This document shows positions 25,307 to 33,552 of a stretch of 34,151 nt of DNA, in pieces. The notes under the pieces were generated by a model that worked only from the letters and a program-made list of their open reading frames with translations, was not told where the DNA came from and searched no databases. Each line of letters opens with the position of its first letter. Position 1 is the stretch's first letter. This DNA is from a virus. The translations under genes and the position numbers were made by a program. Location: IMG/VR virus record IMGVR_UViG_3300045988_084175. One strand, written 5' to 3'.

Positions 25307-25984
25307 ATGAAGAAAACAAAAATTGAGTGGTGCGATAGCACATGGAATCCGGTGACAGGTTGTCTGCACGGTTGTGAATATTGCTACGCCAGAGCGATGG
25401 CGAAAAGATTCCCTGCTGTTTATCCAAATGGGTTTGAACCAATGTTTTACAAAGACAGATTAAATCAATTTGATAACTGTAAAGGTCGTAACATCTTTGT
25501 ATGCAGCATGGGGGATCTTTTCGGTGATTTTATTCCTGATGAATGGATTGAGAAAGTGCTTGATAAGTGCGAACAGAATCAGCAGCACAATTATCTTTTT
25601 CTTACTAAAAATCCAGAAAGATACTGGGATATTTTGATGGGATTCAGATTACCAGAAAACGCTTGGCTTGGAACAACAGTTACAGGAAAAACCGGAAAGT
25701 TTAAAGATTTGCCGAGAGCTGAAGCAGTTAACACCTTTATATCGGTTGAACCCTTACTTAATGACATTCCTGATTCAGAGTTTGAAAGAATGCCAAAGTG
25801 GGTAATTATCGGAGCCGAAACAGGGCGCAGAAAAAGCAAAGTAATTCCGAAAAAAGAGTGGATTGAAAAAATTGTTAAAAACTGCCGAGAAAATAATGTT
25901 CCGGTATTCATGAAGAACTCTCTTATACCAATTATCGGTGAAGAAAATATGCTAAGAGAGTTCCCGGAAAGTTTGAGAAAATGA
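25307..25984 (+). CDS. phage Gp37/Gp68 (DUF5131) family protein with a CX3CX2C motif
   Basis: RBS TAGGAGGAG. The N-terminus MKKTKIEWCDSTWNPVTGCLHGCEYCYA is the family signature and contains a radical-SAM-like C-x3-C-x2-C. Confidence 0.65.
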   Translation: MKKTKIEWCDSTWNPVTGCLHGCEYCYARAMAKRFPAVYPNGFEPMFYKDRLNQFDNCKGRNIFVCSMGDLFGDFIPDEWIEKVLDKCEQNQQHNYLFLTKNPERYWDILMGFRLPENAWLGTTVTGKTGKFKDLPRAEAVNTFISVEPLLNDIPDSEFERMPKWVIIGAETGRRKSKVIPKKEWIEKIVKNCRENNVPVFMKNSLIPIIGEENMLREFPESLRK

Positions 25985-25996
25985 AAGAGGTAAAGA

Positions 25997-26284
25997 GTGA
26001 TGAACAAAGAAGAATTATATAAATTTGCCATAGAGAGATATGGTGATGAAGCCCAAATTAACCAAGGGATTGAAGAAATGGCGGAACTGATTCAGGCAAT
26101 TAATAAATTTCGGCGCAATCCCTGCGAAGAAACTTTGAAAGGAATTGCGGAAGAAATTGCCGACGTTGAGATCATGCTTGAGCAGTATAAAATCATTTTC
26201 GGTGCGACGCTGCCTGTTAACCGTATTAAGTCAAACAAGCTCCAACGCCTTGCGGAACGGTTAGGAGTAAAGGATTATGATTAA
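25997..26284 (+). CDS. MazG-like nucleotide pyrophosphohydrolase (small)
   Basis: AQINQGIEEMAELIQAI...LKGIAEEIADVEIMLEQ matches the EExxE...EExxD MazG helix pair. The ATG at 26000 lies 9 nt after AAAGAGG. Confidence 0.55.
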   Translation: MMNKEELYKFAIERYGDEAQINQGIEEMAELIQAINKFRRNPCEETLKGIAEEIADVEIMLEQYKIIFGATLPVNRIKSNKLQRLAERLGVKDYD

Positions 26285-26765
26285 CCGAGTGATCTTAACT
26301 GGCCGGCTTGCCCGGGATCCAGAGCTGCGTAAGACGCAATCCGGCTTGTCCGTCTGCAGCTTCCAGCTCGCTGTGGATCGCCCTAAGCAAAAGGGACAAG
26401 ACGATGCGGTCACGGACTGGATCAGTTGTCAGGTTTGGCGCCAGGCTGCTGACTACATTTGCAATTATGCAAAAAAGGGGGCGCTGCTTGCGGTGGACGG
26501 CAGACTCCAGACACGCAGCTATGACAACGCTTCTGGTCAGAAAGTCCATGTGACCGAGGTCGTCTGTGAGCGTGTTGAGATCCAGCGGCAGGCGTCAACG
26601 CAGGCTGGTAAGCAGCAAACGAGATCAAACCAAGGCACGCAATACGCTGAAAATGGAGGATTCGCAAATACCTACACATCAAGTGGATACCAGGATCCAT
26701 TTGCCGATGACTATGGCTCAGGGCCGACTCTGGATATCAGCTCAGACGATCTCCCTTTTAACTAA
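26277..26765 (+). CDS. ssb: single-stranded DNA-binding protein
   Basis: MINRVILTGRLARDPELRKTQSGLSVCSFQLAVDR... is an OB-fold N-terminus. There is a G/Q-rich linker and a C-terminal DDLPF tail. Confidence 0.85.
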   Translation: MINRVILTGRLARDPELRKTQSGLSVCSFQLAVDRPKQKGQDDAVTDWISCQVWRQAADYICNYAKKGALLAVDGRLQTRSYDNASGQKVHVTEVVCERVEIQRQASTQAGKQQTRSNQGTQYAENGGFANTYTSSGYQDPFADDYGSGPTLDISSDDLPFN

Positions 26766-27322
26766 CCCTGTACAAGGCGTCTTGGGGCAGTGTTGATGAT
26801 TTTTCAAGAGCGCAGGTCGTCAGTAATATAGAGCGGGCTCGACGCTTCGCAGTACGGTGCTGGATGGCGATTGGCTGCGGTAACCTTTATCACAATGGTT
26901 TCAGGTCTGGACAGTCCTCTACCAGTCCTAATCCAGCTCATACATGGGACACACTGCCTGATGTGATGAGAGTGGCTGCTAAAAGATTAAAGCGGGTGCA
27001 GATTGAGCATTTAAAAGCCATAGAGCTGATCGGTCGCTACAATACCAAAGATGTGTTTATCTACGCCGACCCACCTTATCTGCGCAGCACCTGTAATGGT
27101 AATTTATATAACCACGAGATGACAGATCAGGATCACGTGGATCTGCTGGCTGCACTTAAGCGTCATCCGGGCAAGGTGTTGATATCGGGGTACGACAATG
27201 ACCTGTATAACAAAGCTCTCGCTGGCTGGAGGAAAGAAACATGTAAAACTAGGGCGGAGGCTGGGAAAATACGAACAGAAGTCCTGTGGATGAATTACGA
27301 TTTGGATCTCACTCTATTTTGA
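26762..27322 (+). pseudogene. 5'-truncated Dam-type (D12 class) N6-adenine DNA methyltransferase remnant
   Basis: The ORF (ATG 26864; frame open back to the ssb stop) encodes only the C-terminal half of Dam: ...GCGNLYHNGF...FIYADPPY...VLISGYDNDLY...VLWMNYD. The N-terminal roughly 100 aa (KWAGGK and FxGxG motifs) have no coding space, because ssb ends at 26765. Confidence 0.6.
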
Positions 27323-27378
27323 CAAAACGACGATTTACAACATCCGGAGCCCTAAAAAAACCGGGAAAGGAGAAAGAA

Positions 27379-27708
27379 ATGAATAAATATCAAGAAGCGT
27401 TGGATTTCTTATGCGATCATGCGATGGAGTACATTGAAGACTTCGATTTGGAAGAATATGAATGCGGAGATTATTACCCTTTGGACAAAGAAACACTTAA
27501 CGCAAATAAATCCGTGCTACAGGAGCTTATTGACAGAGCGGCGCCGGTGAAGATCAATGAAGAAACGGCAACCGCTAAATTTATAGACGATCGTCCAACA
27601 ACAGTCATGATATACCGCTGTCCTAAATGCGGAGGAAGAGTACACCCGTTTGATGGGGAATTGTATTGCAGGCATTGCGGTCAGGCGCTGGATTGGAGCG
27701 ATGATTAA
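27379..27708 (+). CDS. hypothetical protein with a C-terminal zinc ribbon
   Basis: ATG 27379 follows GGAAAGGAGAAAG. Contains CPKCGG...CRHCG. Confidence 0.5.
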   Translation: MNKYQEALDFLCDHAMEYIEDFDLEEYECGDYYPLDKETLNANKSVLQELIDRAAPVKINEETATAKFIDDRPTTVMIYRCPKCGGRVHPFDGELYCRHCGQALDWSDD

Positions 27709-28382
27709 TGAATGTGCTTATAGCTTGTGAAGAAAGTCAGCGAGTTTGCACTGCGTTTAGAAACAAAGGCCACAATGCGTTCAGTTGCGATCTTCTAGAG
27801 ACTTCTGGTTGCCATCCTAAATGGCACATTATGGGTGATGTTACTGCGTTGATAAATGGATATTGCTGTTTTGAAACTATGGATGGTCGGCGTCATTCAA
27901 TCGTCGGAAAATGGGACTTAATTATAGCTCATCCGCCATGTACTTACCTTTCAAATGCTGGTGCGTGCAGATTATATCCGAAAAAAGGACAGATTGATCC
28001 AGTCAGATATAAAAAGGGGCTTGAAGCAAAGGAATTCTTCATGATGTTCTATAACGCAGATTGCTCAAAAATTGCAATCGAAAATCCAGTATCAAGCAAA
28101 GTATTTGAGATGCCAAAGTACACACAGGAAATCCACCCGTGGATGTTCGGCCATCCGTACACAAAGAAAACCAGGTTGTGGCTTAAAGGGCTTCCCAAAT
28201 TAGTGCCAACAAACATCGTTGAGCCTATTGCACCGTATGTTCCTGCTGGAACAGGAAGAAAAGACAGAAGTAAGTACGGAGCTGCAGAACGTGGAGAAGA
28301 TGCAAGAAACAGAAGCAAGACATTTCCGGGTATTGCAAAAGCAATGGCGGAGCAATGGGGACTTAGGGAGGATCAGCGATGA
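27708..28382 (+). CDS. C5-cytosine methyltransferase-like protein lacking the SAM-binding motif I and the target-recognition domain
   Basis: IIAHPPCTYLSNAG corresponds to motif IV (PCQxxSxAG). IAIENPV corresponds to motif VI (ENV). AFRNKGHNAFSCDL corresponds to motif II, with correct spacing of about 50 aa to the PC dipeptide. Motif I (FxGxGG) is replaced by VLIACEESQ. Only 224 aa. Confidence 0.55.
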   Translation: MNVLIACEESQRVCTAFRNKGHNAFSCDLLETSGCHPKWHIMGDVTALINGYCCFETMDGRRHSIVGKWDLIIAHPPCTYLSNAGACRLYPKKGQIDPVRYKKGLEAKEFFMMFYNADCSKIAIENPVSSKVFEMPKYTQEIHPWMFGHPYTKKTRLWLKGLPKLVPTNIVEPIAPYVPAGTGRKDRSKYGAAERGEDARNRSKTFPGIAKAMAEQWGLREDQR

Positions 28383-28453
28383 TCCCCGCGCTGCTCGCCG
28401 TCTTCTTTGTGGCGGTTGTGCTGATCATTGACAGGATCGGAGGTGATCTGTGA
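28379..28453 (+). CDS. possible 24-aa hydrophobic peptide
   Basis: ATGA overlap with the upstream stop. Encodes MIPALLAVFFVAVVLIIDRIGGDL. Speculative. Confidence 0.2.
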   Translation: MIPALLAVFFVAVVLIIDRIGGDL

Positions 28454-28653
28454 TGAATGGTATATTTGAATGGGCATTAAGAACTGCGTGCATAACAATG
28501 AGCGTGATTTTATTTGTAATGTGGTCTGATATTGAGATCAAGGATTGGGATCAGGATCGCACATCTTTTAAAGTTTGGATCACGATTGTGGTGCTTATGA
28601 TTGTTGGAGTGGTTGGTGTGCTTGTGTGGGCATGGTTGCCGTGGTTGCTATGA
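28453..28653 (+). CDS. small membrane protein (two TM segments)
   Basis: GGAGGTGA is followed by ATG 28453. Predicted TM segments ITMSVILFVMW and VWITIVVLMIVGVVGVLVWAWLPWLL. Confidence 0.45.
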   Translation: MNGIFEWALRTACITMSVILFVMWSDIEIKDWDQDRTSFKVWITIVVLMIVGVVGVLVWAWLPWLL

Positions 28654-28823
28654 TCGCCTCTGAGCTCCAGGCGGCCATCCTGGCCGCGCAAAAGCAGATC
28701 CTTAACACAATGTCGCCGATGCGCAAAAGAGACCTGCAGCGCCACCTGGCACGACTCAGGCGCAAGCTGCGAGCAGCTGAATGCGCAGAAATGAATTGTG
28801 GCGGCCGGAAACGACGATTCTAG
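28650..28823 (+). CDS. small basic coiled-coil protein (57 aa)
   Basis: ATGA overlap. Encodes MIASELQAAILAAQKQILNTMSPMRKRDLQRHLARLRRKLRAAECAEMNCGGRKRRF. Confidence 0.35.
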   Translation: MIASELQAAILAAQKQILNTMSPMRKRDLQRHLARLRRKLRAAECAEMNCGGRKRRF

Positions 28824-28900
28824 CGGAATTTTTGCGAAAAAGGTAATCTTACTAGGAAAAAGAAAAAACCGCGTGTGAGTGGTTCTGGGAGGCGCAGAGA

Positions 28901-29095
28901 ATGAAGAATATCGAAAAATACATAGAAGGAATTTGTCTTACGATTGCCAACGCTAACGAATGTTATTTCGCAGGCGATTGTTTGGCGTGTGAAATGAACG
29001 GAATCTGTTGTGATTCTGATGCACTGCTTAAGTTCATGCTTCAACCAGTTGACGCTACGACGCGCCCGCGCAATGATAAAAGAGAGGGAGAATGA
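28901..29095 (+). CDS. Cys-rich small protein
   Basis: GGGAGG 8 nt upstream. Eight Cys residues in 64 aa (CLTIANANECYFAGDCLACEMNGICCD). Confidence 0.5.
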   Translation: MKNIEKYIEGICLTIANANECYFAGDCLACEMNGICCDSDALLKFMLQPVDATTRPRNDKREGE

Positions 29096-29544
29096 TGCAG
29101 ATAAAAGAACAGCTGGTTTACTTCAAGAGCGAGGCACGAAGTTACATCTATCTACAGCGCTTGAAGGTACAACTTGAAGAAGAAATTGAAGAATTGCGAG
29201 GGAAGATCGTTAGCGTGAGTTCCCCGCCGGTTAAAGATGTGGTCCTGGAGAATGCAGCGGATCCATACATGGATAAAAAGTTGCGACTTATTGATGAACG
29301 AGATCGAAAGCAGAAGGAGCTTGAATCTACCATCCTGCGCATCACCTGGGTGGATGAGGTATTGGATCGCATGAAAGATGGTCAAAAGCGCAGTTTAATT
29401 ATTAGTGTTCTGATTCTTGGGGCAGATGCTGAAAAAGCTGCGTATTCTTCAGGCTATTCCCGATCTTCTTTTTACCGTATGATGAACGGAGAAATTTGCA
29501 GATCCTTGATTTCTTTGAAAAATGGGACGAATCCCGGGGGTTGA
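29092..29544 (+). CDS. ArpU/RinA-like late-gene transcriptional activator (sigma region-4-like C-terminus)
   Basis: 150 aa immediately upstream of terS. The C-terminus KRSLIISVLILGADAEKAAYSSGYSRSSFYRMMNGEI resembles a sigma-70 region-4 HTH. Confidence 0.55.
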   Translation: MMQIKEQLVYFKSEARSYIYLQRLKVQLEEEIEELRGKIVSVSSPPVKDVVLENAADPYMDKKLRLIDERDRKQKELESTILRITWVDEVLDRMKDGQKRSLIISVLILGADAEKAAYSSGYSRSSFYRMMNGEICRSLISLKNGTNPGG

Positions 29545-29546
29545 CG

Positions 29547-29555
29547 TGCTATAAT
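29547..29555 (+). promoter_or_regulatory. extended -10 element TGcTATAAT (candidate late promoter upstream of terS)
   Basis: Read directly from the sequence. No good -35 element, consistent with an activator-dependent promoter. Confidence 0.35.
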
Positions 29556-29575
29556 GATATCGTAAAAAAATGCGA

Positions 29576-29603
29576 GGGATGCCTAAAGGGGCGTCCCTTT
29601 TTT
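29576..29603 (+). terminator. rho-independent terminator-like hairpin between the late activator gene and terS
   Basis: gggatgcc-taaagg-ggcgtccc stem (8 bp including one G.U pair) followed by TTTTTT. Confidence 0.55.
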
Positions 29604-29625
29604 CGTTCAGGCAAGGAGGCGAGAG

Positions 29626-30156
29626 ATGTCGAAAGCGAAGCGGACCTATTTGGGGCCGAAACCTAAATATACAAGCCCTGACGAGATCACAGGACTTATT
29701 GACCAGTACTTCAAAGACTGCGAGGGGACGCCGTTGATCGACGATAACGGGCAGGCCGTCCTTGACAAGTGGGGCAGGCTGGTCATCGTTGGAGCACATC
29801 CGCCGACCGTTACAGGGCTGGCGCTGGCGCTGGGGTTCACATCTCGGCAAGCACTTCTTAACTATCAGTATCGGAAAGAGTTCCAGGAAGTCATTACATT
29901 AGCCAAGAGCAGAGTGGAAGAGTACACAGAGCGCCGTCTATTTGACAAGGAAGGTTTCAATGGGGCGCGGTTCTCCCTGGTCAACAACTATCAGGGCTGG
30001 CGCGATCGGCCGCAGACAGACCTTGACAAGCGCGAGCAAGAGCTGCGTATTAAGGTAGCCGAGGAAAAAGCGGGCGCTGGAGAAAGAGACACCAGCCTGT
30101 TTGAGTCGATCGTAAAAGCAGCGCAAGGAGATGGAGGAAAAGAAAAAAGTGATTGA
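29626..30156 (+). CDS. terS: terminase small subunit
   Basis: RBS AAGGAGG. HPPTVTGLALALGFTSRQALLNY is an HTH. Sits upstream of terL and downstream of the late regulator. Confidence 0.7.
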   Translation: MSKAKRTYLGPKPKYTSPDEITGLIDQYFKDCEGTPLIDDNGQAVLDKWGRLVIVGAHPPTVTGLALALGFTSRQALLNYQYRKEFQEVITLAKSRVEEYTERRLFDKEGFNGARFSLVNNYQGWRDRPQTDLDKREQELRIKVAEEKAGAGERDTSLFESIVKAAQGDGGKEKSD

Positions 30157-30676
30157 GAGATGGGAAAAGGTAGATGGATATAACTACTTTGTCAGCGATC
30201 ATGGAAGAGTGAAAAACAGTAAAGGAAACATAATGCACACTAAAGGTAGGCGCTACCTCAGTGTGGGGCTGCGAAGAAACGGAGAACCGCAAAAAACTTT
30301 TCTGGTTCATCGGCTTGTTGCTGCTGCTTTTGTAAGTGGTAGAACGGCAGAAAAAAACCAAGTGAACCATAAAGACGGGAATCGGAAAAACAACAACGCG
30401 AACAACTTGGAATGGTGCACGCAATCAGAAAACCAAAAACATGCGTACAAGATCGGCCTTCAATCAATCAACTATCAGCAACTGATGAAAAACGCCGATA
30501 CACTCAAAAAGCCTTTTTATCTACTTAACAGAAACAGTGGAGAAAAAAGGTTTTTTTCATGTATTAAAGAAGCCGCGGCGTTTATCGGATGCAATGAAAA
30601 AACGGTTAGAAACATAAAGAGCCGACGCTTTAAGTCGCGGACTGGATGGGAGGTGGTTGGCCCTCATGAAGCTTGA
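30131..30676 (+). CDS. free-standing HNH homing endonuclease (NUMOD4 plus HNH_3 type) between terS and terL
   Basis: WEKVDGYNYFVSDHGRVKN is a NUMOD4-like N-terminus. HRLVAAAFVSG...VNHKDGNRKNNNANNLEWCTQSEN is the HNH_3 core. An alternative GTG start lies at 30149. Confidence 0.75.
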   Translation: MEEKKKVIERWEKVDGYNYFVSDHGRVKNSKGNIMHTKGRRYLSVGLRRNGEPQKTFLVHRLVAAAFVSGRTAEKNQVNHKDGNRKNNNANNLEWCTQSENQKHAYKIGLQSINYQQLMKNADTLKKPFYLLNRNSGEKRFFSCIKEAAAFIGCNEKTVRNIKSRRFKSRTGWEVVGPHEA

Positions 30677-31936
30677 ATTCAGCGATAAACAAAGAGCGTT
30701 AATCGCTGCACCGTTTGACCGGTGCCTGGAAGTTGAAGAGGGCACTTAACTCCCCGATCAGGTAAAACGACGGCAGCTGTCGCAAGGGCTGCCCTCTACT
30801 ATTGGGACACCCCAGATCAAAACCACCTGATCTTGGCCTACAACCAAGAGCAAGCTTTCAAACTGGTTATGGACTGTGATGGTCTTGGGCTGATGGCCAT
30901 CTTTCCCGGTCTCTGGTCCATGCACCACGATGACTATGGCGACCACATGCTGCTGAGAACTCCGAAGGGAGATAAACGAATCTACTACAAAGGCGGTGGG
31001 AAAGCAGACAGCCACAAGTCGTTCACCGGAATGAGTTTCGGCAGCGTGTTCTTCTGTGAGATTAACCTACTGCACATGAACGCCATTCAGGAAGCCTTCC
31101 GGCGAACGATGGCGGCGAAAAAGCGCTGGCATATCGCAGATTTGAACCCGCCAGCCCCTAATCATCCAATTATTTCCGAGGTGTTTGAAGTACAGGACAC
31201 GCGCTGGACGCACTGGACGCCACAGGACAACCCGGCGCTGACGGAAGAAAGAAAGCAGGAACTGTTCGAGACGTTGAGCAAGAACCAGTACCTGCTTCAA
31301 CGGGACTGGTACGGAAATCGGGTCATCCCGGAGGGCGTTATTTATTCCATGTTTGACACCACTAAACACATCCTGCAGAGCATCCCCAAAGACGCACACA
31401 TCGCGGAGATGTTCTTTGCGGGTGACGGCGGTCTAACGGATGCGACGTCGGTTAGCTGCAATTTGATCGTTCGTCATGATGGAGGCTGGAAGCTGCTGCG
31501 CGTTGCCAACTGGTACTATGATGGTGCGCAGAAAGCAATGAGCGTGCAAGCGCGGGAGTTGGCTGAAGAGTTCGCGCCATGGTGTAGAAATCGGTTCGGT
31601 TTGCGGGAAAGTTGCTGGAAGATTGACCCGGCGTGCAAAGCGCTGAGGAAAGAGCTAGAGTTGTTTGGAATCTACACCGACAAAGCGGATAATAATGGCC
31701 ACGATATTCGAGGTACTTCAAAAGGGATCCGTGTTGGCATTGAATATATGCAGAGTGCCATCGTAGATGGGCGCTTTTTTCTTGTGGAAACGGAAAGATA
31801 TGGTCACGCAGACTTTTTGCGCGAGATCGGCATGTATTGCGTGGATGAGCATGGTAAACCGGTGGATTCTTACAACCATGCCATGGATGACTGTAGGTAC
31901 AGCGTGAATTACTTTTATAAGAACTATGTCCTGTAA
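30666..31936 (+). CDS. terL: terminase large subunit, interrupted by a -1 frame change near 30740
   Basis: ATG 30666 with GGGAGGTGG 9 nt upstream encodes MKLEFSDKQRALIAAPFDRCLEVEEGT* in frame 0. Frame 2, open from 30737, continues as HLTPRSGKTTAAVARAALYYWD... (Walker A) into the ORF-track ORF 30833..31936. That ORF has C-terminal nuclease-like D residues and roughly 420 aa in total. Confidence 0.7.
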
Positions 31937-31950
31937 AGAGGGTGAAATTT

Positions 31951-33552
31951 ATGTTTGAAAAGATAAAAAAGAAGGTGAGAAACTGGATGCAGAAAATAGC
32001 GGCCGACACAGGCTTGTCAAAGGAATTCAAAAATGTTTTTGAGATCGGCGGCGTACCCGCCTTCAATCAGTTCTATTACTTCGGGATCTTCGTCTGGAAG
32101 TACATCTATAAAGGCTACTATAAGCCCTGGCACCGGATCGTGGCGCCGACGATTGCTGAACCAAAGCATGAGCGAGACATTGAGCGGATGGACACCGCAA
32201 AGGCCGTCTGTGCTGAACTGGCGGGGCTGATCTGGTCGGAACAGTGCGAGGTGCATGTAACCCAGGGAAACGGCGAGAACCAACCGCTGAATGACTTTGT
32301 GCATGACGTCCTGGCGAGAAATAACTTCTGGCAGAAGATGCAAGAGCATATAGAGCAATCCCTGGCGCTGGGAGGCGGGGCAATCAAAGTCTGGTATGAC
32401 GAGAAAAGGGACAGCAACGGCAACCCGGTCCCCAATTCGGGCCAGATTCGGTTAGGGTTCTGCATGGCCGATCAGTTTGTCCCGACTGGATGGGACAACG
32501 CCAGAGTTACGGATGGCGTGTTCATCAGCCGCCAAGCAAAGGACGGCTACTACTATACCCGCCTGGAGTGGCATAAGTGGGACGGGCTGACCTACTGGAT
32601 TACAAATGAGCTGTATCGGACAGAGATCATGGAGAACCAGGGCAATGTGGAACCGCAGGACATTCTGGGGTTCCGCTATCCGCTGGAACAGATCTATCCG
32701 TTTCTGAATGAGGAAACGTCAGTACAGGGCATCAGCGCAAGCCTGTTTGCTTACTACCGCACGGCAGTGGCTAACAACATCGACGACAACAGCCCTTTGG
32801 GTGTGTCGATTTATGCCAATGCACTGAGTACGCTGAAGGCGCTGGATATTTGCTACGACTCATTTATTCGAGAATTCAGGCTTGGTAAGAAGCGAATCAT
32901 CGTTCCGGCGCAGTGCATCCGGACGGTCATCAATCCACAGACCCAAGAGATGGTCAGATATTTTGACGCATCCGACGAGACCTACGAAGCACTGCACACG
33001 GACAATTCAGAAGATCTGAAGATCACTGACAATAGCGTCGAGCTGCGGGTCGATGAACACGTCGCAGCGATTAACGCCTTCTTGTCCATCCTCTGCTTGC
33101 AGGTCGGATTCAGTGCAGGGACTTTTACCTTTGATCGAGCGCAGGGGCTGAAGACGGCCACAGAAGTTATCAGTGAGAACAGTAAGACTTACAAGACTAT
33201 CAAGAGCCATCAGTTACAGGTCAAGTTAGCTATCAATCAAGTGGTTGACGCCATCATTGAAGTGGCCGGCCTGTACGGGCTGAGTTGGGAAGGGTATAAG
33301 ATCCAGAGCCTGGCTAATCAGGGATGGGAGAGCAAGGTTGTATTTGATGATTCGATCTTGCAGGACCGCCAGACCAACATTAACGAGGGGATCACCCTAG
33401 TCACCAACGGTCTGATGAGCAAAAAGCGTTTCCTTGTTGACAAGCTGGGCTACACAGAAGATGAAGCCGTGCGGGAACTGAAGGAGATCGGCGACGAGAA
33501 GAGCGTCTCCGGCGACTTCTTGGACGTTTTGGAGATGGGCGGGACTGAATAG
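31951..33552 (+). CDS. portal protein (SPP1 gp6-like)
   Basis: ATG 31951 is 7 nt after GAGGGTG; GTG 31942 lies inside the RBS. 533 aa, between terL and the gp7-like gene. Confidence 0.85.
   Translation: MFEKIKKKVRNWMQKIAADTGLSKEFKNVFEIGGVPAFNQFYYFGIFVWKYIYKGYYKPWHRIVAPTIAEPKHERDIERMDTAKAVCAELAGLIWSEQCEVHVTQGNGENQPLNDFVHDVLARNNFWQKMQEHIEQSLALGGGAIKVWYDEKRDSNGNPVPNSGQIRLGFCMADQFVPTGWDNARVTDGVFISRQAKDGYYYTRLEWHKWDGLTYWITNELYRTEIMENQGNVEPQDILGFRYPLEQIYPFLNEETSVQGISASLFAYYRTAVANNIDDNSPLGVSIYANALSTLKALDICYDSFIREFRLGKKRIIVPAQCIRTVINPQTQEMVRYFDASDETYEALHTDNSEDLKITDNSVELRVDEHVAAINAFLSILCLQVGFSAGTFTFDRAQGLKTATEVISENSKTYKTIKSHQLQVKLAINQVVDAIIEVAGLYGLSWEGYKIQSLANQGWESKVVFDDSILQDRQTNINEGITLVTNGLMSKKRFLVDKLGYTEDEAVRELKEIGDEKSVSGDFLDVLEMGGTE

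Noticed and set aside
30131-30740. Group I intron carrying the HNH endonuclease and splitting terL
   Set aside because: The TerL N-terminal coding segment and its RBS sit immediately downstream of the HNH gene and join the main ORF through a 1-nt frame change. There is no room for a ribozyme core and no exon upstream of the HNH gene. A free-standing homing endonuclease plus a frameshift or sequencing error explains the data.
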